From NCBI GenBank assembly GCA_937899875.1, contig CALBQP010000069.1:921-64920 (forward strand): a stretch of 64,000 bases of DNA. Direction: 5' to 3'. Under the pieces are notes generated by a model. That model was given only the letters and a program-made list of their open reading frames with translations, was not told the DNA's origin and searched no databases. Both the position numbers and the translations under genes were made by a program. Positions 46,258-53,431 of this stretch are shown here, one piece after another. How positions within the stretch are numbered: the stretch's first letter is position 1; each line of letters starts with the position of its first letter. The DNA is from an uncultured Clostridia bacterium. Lineage in GTDB: Bacteria; Bacillota; Clostridia; Christensenellales; Christensenellaceae.

Positions 46258-46283
46258 GCCGGGAGCCGGTATACGGCTCCGGC
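46258..46283 (-). other. GC hairpin between the DUF1326-like and DUF4418-like genes
   Basis: On the minus strand GCCGGAGCCG-TATA-CCGGCTCCCGGC forms 10 bp with one bulge, followed by CAGCTTTTGC. A TATAAT-like element follows, so it may mark a partial terminator plus an internal promoter. Confidence 0.4.
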
Positions 46284-46316
46284 AAGCTAAAAAGGAGAGA
46301 ACATGCGTTCCTATCA

Positions 46317-46976
46317 TTAATCTTTCATACTTGCGGGCAGGCCGTACCGCTGGTCCGGCCGCCAGACAATCTCGCCAAAAAGGGAGCTTCGGCCGTCGTT
46401 GTCAAACACCATCTGGTGGTCGTTGTATTTACCTGTCTTTACGACGGACGGCGTTACGGAGTAAGCCTGCGGGTGGACGTTGTCCAACGTGACAATTTTG
46501 TCGGGGAACAACAAACCTTCTTTGGCAACGATGTGATTGACCAGTATACCGGGGATTTCCACCTTGCGGCCATTGGCCCGCCGCTCATATTGGATATCCG
46601 CAGGGGCAACGCCGAGGTCCAGCCCCATGCATGCGTTCAACGCCTCCATTGGCCCGCCCGCCTTGCCGGTGAATATCTGTATCATGGCTGCCCGTTGCGC
46701 GGGCGTCGCGCGGTTGTCGTAGTAGTGCGCGATGCTCCAGTTATGCCATTTCATCTCCCGGGGCGTATAACAGATAATGACGTGCGCCAGCCCGGAGATG
46801 TCCACATCCCCAAATCTGCCGGCATCCACGTAATACGCCAGTATCAGGTCGCAGTGCACATACGTGGGCATGACATCCTGTGGCGGAGATGCCGAGAGCA
46901 TACAGGGGCAGAGCAACTCGCAGTTACAGCTTTCAAAGTAGTCGCCGTCGATATACCAATCGGGATTTTCGGTCAT
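46317..46976 (-). CDS. DUF1326-like Cys-rich soluble protein
   Basis: MTENPDWYIDGDYFESCNCELLCPCMLS... fits the N-terminal W..G.Y.E.C.C...CPC pattern I recall for DUF1326. The product is 219 aa. Confidence 0.65.
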   Translation of the reverse strand: MTENPDWYIDGDYFESCNCELLCPCMLSASPPQDVMPTYVHCDLILAYYVDAGRFGDVDISGLAHVIICYTPREMKWHNWSIAHYYDNRATPAQRAAMIQIFTGKAGGPMEALNACMGLDLGVAPADIQYERRANGRKVEIPGILVNHIVAKEGLLFPDKIVTLDNVHPQAYSVTPSVVKTGKYNDHQMVFDNDGRSSLFGEIVWRPDQRYGLPASMKD

Positions 46977-47161
46977 AGCTTGGGTTGCTCCTTCTGCCTG
47001 TCAAGGCAAAGACATACCTTATACATTACATTTTGTTGGTTGAATGTCAACGAATATCATCGCTTAATATCCATTTTGTTTAAAAAATAGCTTTTTTGTG
47101 GATTTACTTCCGCCCCGCTTTCGTGCAGAATTTAGTATATGCGTAGCAGGTACGCTGCTGT

Positions 47162-47190
47162 TTGTCATTTAACCATATAAATCATACAAT
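47162..47190 (+). promoter_or_regulatory. sigma-70-type promoter of the sugar ABC importer operon
   Basis: TTGTCA (47162-47167), a 17-nt spacer, then TACAAT (47185-47190), 36 nt upstream of the ATG. Confidence 0.55.
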
Positions 47191-47225
47191 AAATTCATAT
47201 ATTTTTGGGCGGGAGTGTAAAAGAT

Positions 47226-48737
47226 ATGCCGGAAACAGTTATGAAGCTGGAAAACATCACAAAAACCTTTGGCGGCATCCACGCGTTGGATAATATTGAA
47301 CTGGAGCTTGAGAAAGGCGAGGTGCACGCGCTGCTGGGAGAGAACGGCGCGGGCAAATCCACACTGATCAAAATTATCACAGGTGTGCACCGCGCAGACC
47401 ACGGCGACATTTATATTGCCGGCAAAAAGGTGGAGATCACCGATCCCATCAACGCCCGTCACCAGGGTATATGTGCAATCTACCAGGAATTGAGCCTTGT
47501 CAACGGGCTGACCGTGGGCGAGAATATTTTCCTGGGGCGCATCCCGACAAAGACGGTGTTTGGGGTGACGGACAGAAACGCGATCATTGAGCAGAGCAAC
47601 GAGCTGCTGGCGCATTTCAAAATCGATATCGACCCGCGCGAGACGGTGGCGAACCTGGGGCTGGGGCAGCGCAGGGTGGTGGAGATTGTCAAGGCGGTGT
47701 CGGTCAATGCCAAGATACTGCTGCTGGACGAGCCCACAACCGGTATGAGCCAGGCCGAGATCGATACGCTGTTTGAGATCATGGACGAACTAAAGAAGAA
47801 TCATGTGACCATGATCTATATATCGCATCACCTGGAAGAGGTGTTCCGTGTGTGCGACCGTATATCTGTGCTGCGTGACGGCAAAAACTCAGGCCTGTTC
47901 CTGAAGGAAGAGGTCAATATTGAGAAAATCGTCGGCGCAATGATCGGTAAGGAGTACGACGACACGGTTGTGAAGGCAACGTATAAGGATTATTCGGACA
48001 AGCCCATTGCGCTGGAGGCAAGGGATTTTCAGGCGGAAACAATGAAGCAGCCGGTCTCCTTCCAGGTGCATAAGGGAGAGATCCTCGGCATCACGGGCAT
48101 TGTGGGCGCGGGCAAAAGCGAACTGTCCAACGCGCTGTTTGGTGCAGAAAAGCACATAGGCGGCGAGCTTTTTATAAACGAAGAGAAGGTGGATATGCAA
48201 TCGCCCATTGACGCGAAGAAGCACGGGCTTGCCTATATTCCCGAAGACAGGAAGGGCAAGGGCCTGTTTTTGATACACAACATTGAAGATAACCTGACGG
48301 TCGCCAATGTGGAGCTGGTCTCCGGAAAGGGCGGCGTGCTGAAACTCCAGAAGAAGGCGCAATTGGCTACGGAGATTGCCGAAACATTGAAAGTCAAACC
48401 GCTGGACCTGAAAATGGAGGCGCGGCAGCTTTCGGGGGGCAACCAGCAAAAGGTGGTGCTGGGCAAATGGCTGGTGGGAAGCCCTGACATACTGATTATG
48501 GACGAGCCCACATGGGGGATTGACGTGGGTGCAAAGGCGGAGATTTACGATTTTATCGCCAAGCTGGCTGCGGATGGCGTTTCGGTCATTGTGCTGTCGT
48601 CCGAATTCAAGGAAATACTGACGCTCTCTAACCGCATTATGGTGCTGCGCAATGGGAAAATCACCCATGAGCTGAAACCGGAGGATACGAGCAGCGAAGA
48701 ACTTTTGACACTATCGTTGGGAGGTAACACACAGTGA
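47226..48737 (+). CDS. sugar ABC transporter ATP-binding protein (duplicated ATPase, RbsA/MglA type)
   Basis: Contains GENGAGKSTL, LGLGQRRVVEI and LLLDEPT. The second half carries GIVGAGKSEL, LSGGNQQKVVL and LIMDEPT. Confidence 0.9.
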   Translation: MPETVMKLENITKTFGGIHALDNIELELEKGEVHALLGENGAGKSTLIKIITGVHRADHGDIYIAGKKVEITDPINARHQGICAIYQELSLVNGLTVGENIFLGRIPTKTVFGVTDRNAIIEQSNELLAHFKIDIDPRETVANLGLGQRRVVEIVKAVSVNAKILLLDEPTTGMSQAEIDTLFEIMDELKKNHVTMIYISHHLEEVFRVCDRISVLRDGKNSGLFLKEEVNIEKIVGAMIGKEYDDTVVKATYKDYSDKPIALEARDFQAETMKQPVSFQVHKGEILGITGIVGAGKSELSNALFGAEKHIGGELFINEEKVDMQSPIDAKKHGLAYIPEDRKGKGLFLIHNIEDNLTVANVELVSGKGGVLKLQKKAQLATEIAETLKVKPLDLKMEARQLSGGNQQKVVLGKWLVGSPDILIMDEPTWGIDVGAKAEIYDFIAKLAADGVSVIVLSSEFKEILTLSNRIMVLRNGKITHELKPEDTSSEELLTLSLGGNTQ

Positions 48738-49693
48738 ATCAGATCTCATCCAAACGCAAGGTTACATTTGGGTCAATCATGAAGGGGGAGCTCGGCCTAT
48801 TTATCATCATGGTCGCGCTGATCATCATCTTTGCCACCACGGCAAACAACTTCATCCACCCGAACAACCTGATCAACATTACCCGCCAGGTTTCCATCAA
48901 CCTGATCGTCTCCATCGGTATGCTTTTTGTCATACTGCAGGGCGAGCTTGACCTTTCGGTTGGTTCGGTGGCGGCGTTGGCAGGCATTGCCACCGCTTAC
49001 GTGATGAGTATGACGTGGAACATTCCGCTGGGGATGATTTGCGGCGTGGCCATCGGCGTATTGTTTGGCGCGCTCAACGGCATCTTTGTGGTGTTTGGCA
49101 AAATCCCGTCCTTCATTGTCACGCTGGCAATGATGAGCATTGCGCGGGGCATTGCGCATGTCTGGTCGGGCGGCAAGCCCATATCCAACCTGCCGGAGGA
49201 TTTTGGCGTGTTTGGTGCGGGCTATGTGGCGGGCGTGATTCCTGTCAGCACAATTATTGCGGCAGCGTTCCTGCTGGTGGGGTATTTTGTGCTGCAACGT
49301 ACCAAACATGGCATGTACATCAAGGCAATTGGCGCAAACCGCGAGGCATCGCGCCTGACGGCTATTCCCGTTAAGAAATACACATTGATTTCATTCATCA
49401 TCTGCGGTACGCTTGCGGCGGTGGGCGGCATACTGACGACGTCCAAGCTGTTATCCGGCGTATCGGTGTCCAACGATGGAATGGAGATGGACGTTATTTC
49501 TGCCGTGATTTTGGGCGGCGCGTCGCTTTCGGGCGGCAAGGGCACTGTGATAGGCACCTTGCTGGGCGCGCTCATCATCGGCATTATCAATAACGGCATG
49601 AATATGTTACAAATATCATCTTTCTACCAGATGATTGTAAAAGGCATCATCATCATAGCCGCGGTTCTTGTAAAACGCGGCGACCAAGCTTGA
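48734..49693 (+). CDS. sugar ABC transporter permease (RbsC/branched-chain permease fold)
   Basis: The 319-aa polytopic product contains GELDLSVGS and GANREASRLTAIPV. Its GTG start overlaps the ATPase stop. Confidence 0.88.
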   Translation: MNQISSKRKVTFGSIMKGELGLFIIMVALIIIFATTANNFIHPNNLINITRQVSINLIVSIGMLFVILQGELDLSVGSVAALAGIATAYVMSMTWNIPLGMICGVAIGVLFGALNGIFVVFGKIPSFIVTLAMMSIARGIAHVWSGGKPISNLPEDFGVFGAGYVAGVIPVSTIIAAAFLLVGYFVLQRTKHGMYIKAIGANREASRLTAIPVKKYTLISFIICGTLAAVGGILTTSKLLSGVSVSNDGMEMDVISAVILGGASLSGGKGTVIGTLLGALIIGIINNGMNMLQISSFYQMIVKGIIIIAAVLVKRGDQA

Positions 49694-49807
49694 GTAACCG
49701 GCAAAAGCAATATGCGCGGCCCTGCACCAAAAAGGTAGGCACGGCGCGCATAACAGTTCTGCCGGATGCTCTTCAATCCTTATGATATGGGAAGGAGAAC
49801 CTAAAGT

Positions 49808-50842
49808 ATGAAAAAAGTTCTATCGATCGTTTTAATCGTAGTATTGGTCTCTATGGTATTCGCGGCCTGCACAGCGCAGGAAGCGCCCGCTGCTGAAACA
49901 GCGGCGGCAACACCTGCACCTGCTGAAGAAGCACCCGCCACAGAGGCGCCCGCGGTAGCGGAGCCCGCTGCCCCAGAGGAGGAGCTTCAAGAGACAACCG
50001 ACGGCGGATACACGCTGGGAATCTCGATGTCTACACTGGCAAATGCGTACTTTGTTGCAATGAAGGACGCCGCGGAGGCATATGCCCCCGAGCTTGGCGT
50101 GAACATTGTAATCACGGACGCACAGGACAACAACGAGACGCAGCTTGCGCAGATTCAGGATATGATTATGCAGCAGGTTGACCTGATGATTGTAAACGCG
50201 GTTGATTCCGATGCTGTCGGCACTGCCGTCAAGGAGTGCAACAGCGCAGGCATCCCCGTAATCACCATCACAAGGCGTGCAAACTCCGGTGATTTCATTG
50301 AGCATCTTGACACCAACAACGTAGACGCTGGCGAAGCGATCGGCAAGCAGCTGGTCGAGGACATGGGCGGCGAAGGCAAGCTGGTTATACTGGAAGGCCC
50401 CGCAGGCGTTTCGTCCGTTGTGGACAGGGCTGAAGGATTCAACAAAGCAATCGAGGGCACAGACCTCGAAGTGCTCACTACACTTTCCGCCAACTATTCG
50501 CGCGACGAAGCTGCAACCGTTATGGAAGATATACTGAACAGCTTCCCCGAGATCGACGTACTGTTTGCACAGAACGACGAGATGGCGATGGGCGCGCTGC
50601 GCAGCATCGAGGCGGCCAACAGGCTTGACCAGATCAAGATCTATGGCATTGACGCGATCGCTGATGCTCTGCAGTCAATCAGGGACGGCAAAATGGCTGC
50701 TACACTGCGTACCAACCAGGAAGACATGATGCGTACAGCTATGGACAACGCGGTAAAATACCTGGATGGCGGCGAGATCGAAGAATTGATCTACATCCCG
50801 CTGACAGTGGTAACAGACGCCAACGTTGACGACATCTCATAA
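49808..50842 (+). CDS. sugar ABC transporter substrate-binding lipoprotein (RbsB-like) with an Ala/Pro/Glu-rich tether
   Basis: MKKVLSIVLIVVLVSMVFAAC carries the lipobox. A ~45-aa A/P/E linker follows, then YTLGISMSTLANAYFVA...AQNDEMAMGA. Confidence 0.88.
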   Translation: MKKVLSIVLIVVLVSMVFAACTAQEAPAAETAAATPAPAEEAPATEAPAVAEPAAPEEELQETTDGGYTLGISMSTLANAYFVAMKDAAEAYAPELGVNIVITDAQDNNETQLAQIQDMIMQQVDLMIVNAVDSDAVGTAVKECNSAGIPVITITRRANSGDFIEHLDTNNVDAGEAIGKQLVEDMGGEGKLVILEGPAGVSSVVDRAEGFNKAIEGTDLEVLTTLSANYSRDEAATVMEDILNSFPEIDVLFAQNDEMAMGALRSIEAANRLDQIKIYGIDAIADALQSIRDGKMAATLRTNQEDMMRTAMDNAVKYLDGGEIEELIYIPLTVVTDANVDDIS

Positions 50843-50889
50843 TTTCACGGCAAGATTTACAGACAACTGATGATGCAAAAATAGACATA

Positions 50890-50919
50890 AAAGCCCTCCG
50901 GGTTCCGGGGGGCTTTTTG
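50890..50919 (+). terminator. intrinsic terminator of the ABC importer operon
   Basis: AGCCCTCCGG-GTT-CCGGGGGGCT is followed by TTTTTG. Confidence 0.7.
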
Positions 50920-50972
50920 CTTGCCGGAATATATTGTATAATAGGCGTATCATACATTTGGGAGGAAACGTT

Positions 50973-51395
50973 ATGCCACTCAGCATTGCGATCAATTTTA
51001 ACGGGAATTGCCGCGAGGCGGTGAATTTTTACGCCGGCGTGTTTGGCAGCGAACCGCTCCGCCTTATGACATATGGCGAGGGAGACGCGTCATTTGACCA
51101 GAATTTTCAGGTGACGGAGGCCATGCGGGATAAAATCATGTTTGCTTACCTGGACATTGCGGGCGCGCTGGTGGAATTCAGCGACATGCCCGACGGATTC
51201 GATTTTGAACGGGGCAACAGCATGTCGCCCGTGTTGGTCTATGCGCGCTGGGCGGATGCGCAGAAGGCGTTTGACGGGCTGTGCGCGGGCGGGCAGGTGT
51301 TTGTGCCCTTTGCCAACATCCCGGGGCAGGGCTGGTACGGTATGCTGGCCGATCGATTTGGCATCGTCTGGATATTCCGCGCGTCGGCAAAATGA
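50973..51395 (+). CDS. VOC-superfamily protein (PhnB-like / 3-demethylubiquinone methyltransferase-like domain)
   Basis: MPLSIAINFNGNCREAVNFYAGVFGSEP... and ...GMLADRFGIVWIF match the PhnB-like pattern. The ATG follows GGGAGG. Confidence 0.7.
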   Translation: MPLSIAINFNGNCREAVNFYAGVFGSEPLRLMTYGEGDASFDQNFQVTEAMRDKIMFAYLDIAGALVEFSDMPDGFDFERGNSMSPVLVYARWADAQKAFDGLCAGGQVFVPFANIPGQGWYGMLADRFGIVWIFRASAK

Positions 51396-51444
51396 TCCGC
51401 TGAGGCCATGACGGAATCATAATAATAAAAAAAGGAGATTTGCT

Positions 51445-52005
51445 ATGAAAACGATCAAGGACAAACAGATACTGGTTGGCGCCGATTTTGCGGGCGTCTC
51501 TCTAAAAGACCACATCGTCGCCCACTTGCAGCGTCACGGGTGGGAGGTCACGGATGTTGGCGTGAAGGCGGGCGACACCAATCCCGAGATGTTCCACCGC
51601 ATCGGGTTTAAGGTCGGCGCAAAGATCGCAGAAAAGGAATTTGAGAAAGCACTGATCTTTTGCGGTACGGGCATGGGCATTCATATTGCATGCAGCAAGG
51701 TACCCGGTGTACAGTGCGCTGTATGCGAGAGCGTGCCGGCGGCGTTGCGCGCCATCACCGGCAACAACTGCAATGTCCTTGCCATGGGGGGCTTTTATAT
51801 TGCGCCGCAGATGGGCATTGAGATGGCCGACGCATTTTTGAACCATAAGCTGGGTGATGGATATGAAGACGTTGAAAACTGGAACGAATTCCATCAAATT
51901 GCCTATGACGAGATAGACGCGTTTGATTATCAGGCGTATAAAGAGAATAATTTTGAGGTAAAAAACGCAAAAAATGTTGCACTGGGGACATTTCCAAAGC
52001 CGTAG
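51445..52005 (+). CDS. RpiB/LacA/LacB-family sugar-phosphate isomerase with a ~35-aa C-terminal extension
   Basis: Translation reads ILVGADFAGVSLKDHIVAHLQRHGWEVTDVG...ALIFCGTGMGIHIACSKVPGV.CAVC. Confidence 0.8.
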   Translation: MKTIKDKQILVGADFAGVSLKDHIVAHLQRHGWEVTDVGVKAGDTNPEMFHRIGFKVGAKIAEKEFEKALIFCGTGMGIHIACSKVPGVQCAVCESVPAALRAITGNNCNVLAMGGFYIAPQMGIEMADAFLNHKLGDGYEDVENWNEFHQIAYDEIDAFDYQAYKENNFEVKNAKNVALGTFPKP

Positions 52006-52006
52006 G

Positions 52007-52720
52007 TTACTCGGAAACAGTATAAGCTTTTGCGCCCGCATGGACGGCCAGGGCATCGGCGGGCAGCCCGGAAAGGCGATACCCCTGCCCCCAGACCGCT
52101 TTGATCTGTATATGCGCGTTGATGTGGCGCAGTTTTTTGCGTAGGAAGGAGACATATGCCTCCACCACATTTGCCTCTGCCCGCGCGCCATATCCCCAAA
52201 CCTTCAAAAACAGCGTTTCTTTGGAAACGATGGTCCCGCCTCCTGCCATCAACAGGCGCATCAGTGCAAGCTCCGTTTTGCCAAGCTGCACGGCATTGCC
52301 GCCACACTGCAAAACGCCGGTGCCTGGAACCAGTGATACATCGCCAAAATGTATGGCATCCCCGTTCAATTCCGCAGGCCGCCGAAGCAGCGCGTGCATA
52401 CACGCTGCAAGCTCCTTCATTTCCAGCGGGAGCGACAGGCAATAATCCGCGCCGCCATCCAACATTGCGGCGCGCGCGATCCCATCCCCGTTGCCGCACA
52501 GCGTAAGCACGGGCAGGCCGCAGTCTCTGCGCCGCAACTTGGGCAACAACGTGCTGCCATGGGCCGCGCCCACAATCGCCGCGTCGTACACGCCGCTCAA
52601 CGCCCGCGCCATGCCTTCCGCGCTGTTTGCGACAATGTCCACAGCCAGGTTTTCCTTTGTCAGCGTATCCGCAAGCGCATGTGCCAGCCGCTTCTCATTT
52701 TCAATTACCAGTATCCTCAT
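52007..52720 (-). CDS. OmpR/PhoB-type winged-helix regulator with a degenerate (Asp-less) receiver domain
   Basis: Translation reads MRILVIENEKRLAHAL...YDAAIVGAAHG...DYCLSLPL... The C-terminus reads LGKTELALMRLLMAGGGTIVSKETLFLKVWG...NVVEAYVSFLRKKL...IKAVWGQGYRL. The acidic pocket DD is EN, the phospho-acceptor position is Gly/Ala, and the conserved Lys is absent. I chose the start at 52720; there is no clear RBS. Confidence 0.65.
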   Translation of the reverse strand: MRILVIENEKRLAHALADTLTKENLAVDIVANSAEGMARALSGVYDAAIVGAAHGSTLLPKLRRRDCGLPVLTLCGNGDGIARAAMLDGGADYCLSLPLEMKELAACMHALLRRPAELNGDAIHFGDVSLVPGTGVLQCGGNAVQLGKTELALMRLLMAGGGTIVSKETLFLKVWGYGARAEANVVEAYVSFLRKKLRHINAHIQIKAVWGQGYRLSGLPADALAVHAGAKAYTVSE

Positions 52721-52867
52721 GTGAGGGAGTGTAACACCGTATATGGTATGTTCATGTGAGGGCATTGTGAAATGTATGTGATATTCAGGATTTTTTAAGA
52801 AACAAGGTTTATAATAGGGGCAACGATTGAACGCATGGATAGCGGAATACAAAACAGAAAGGAATCG

Positions 52868-53353
52868 ATGATTATGGGCAATAGTATCAGTGCAATTGGC
52901 AGCATGATGAACAGCGGCCCGGCCATTCAACAAACCCAACAGGAGCAGCGCGCCACAGAGGCGCAGCAGCAGACAACGGACGAAATGCAGGATATTGCAT
53001 TGGCGGCGGACTCCACGGTCAACGACCTGGATCTGTCTGTTTCTTATGAGGTAAAGCTCTCGGAGCAGGCCACTGCGGCGCATGTGCCACCTCCCACGGT
53101 CGAAACAACAGACAGCGAGAACGAGGCCACAACCGCATCGAGCGCAAGCGCCGTTTCGGTCGATACCTCCTCGGCAAGCAGCAGCACAGTTGCGTCGGAC
53201 TCCGGCAGCAGCGCAACAACGGACGTCAGCTCGATGACGGAGCAACAGATGCAGTCGGCGGTGTCGGAAGGTACGATCACCCGCACACAAATGGCAGACG
53301 AGCTGGCACGCCGTAACGGCGGCAACGGTGAAGCCATAGCGGCGGAAGCATGA
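52868..53353 (+). CDS. hypothetical Ser/Thr/Gln-rich low-complexity protein
   Basis: MIMGNSISAIG...QQTQQEQRATEAQQQ...TTASSASAVSVDTSSASSSTVASDSGSSATTDVSS...GTITRTQMADELARR. The ATG follows AGAAAGGAATCG, and a hairpin with a T-run follows the stop on this strand. The alternative reading on the opposite strand is Arg/Cys-rich junk. Confidence 0.45.
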   Translation: MIMGNSISAIGSMMNSGPAIQQTQQEQRATEAQQQTTDEMQDIALAADSTVNDLDLSVSYEVKLSEQATAAHVPPPTVETTDSENEATTASSASAVSVDTSSASSSTVASDSGSSATTDVSSMTEQQMQSAVSEGTITRTQMADELARRNGGNGEAIAAEA

Positions 53354-53379
53354 TGGAACAGAAAAATTGAACGATGGAG

Positions 53380-53410
53380 TATCCCTGCGCAATGCGCAGG
53401 GATATTTGTT
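53380..53410. terminator. hairpin terminator between the Ser/Thr-rich ORF and the kinase gene
   Basis: TATCCCTGCG (53380-53389) pairs with CGCAGGGATA (53395-53404) around a 5-nt loop, followed by TTTGTT on the plus strand. Confidence 0.6.
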
Positions 53411-53431
53411 ATATCGCCGGCGGTTGATCGA

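Noticed and set aside
52721-53392. The 224-codon N-terminal extension of the OmpR-like ORF (the track ORF 52007-53392).
   Set aside because: The extension is Arg/Cys-rich. It overlaps a more protein-like plus-strand ORF that has its own RBS and terminator. The receiver fold begins exactly at MRILVIEN (52720).
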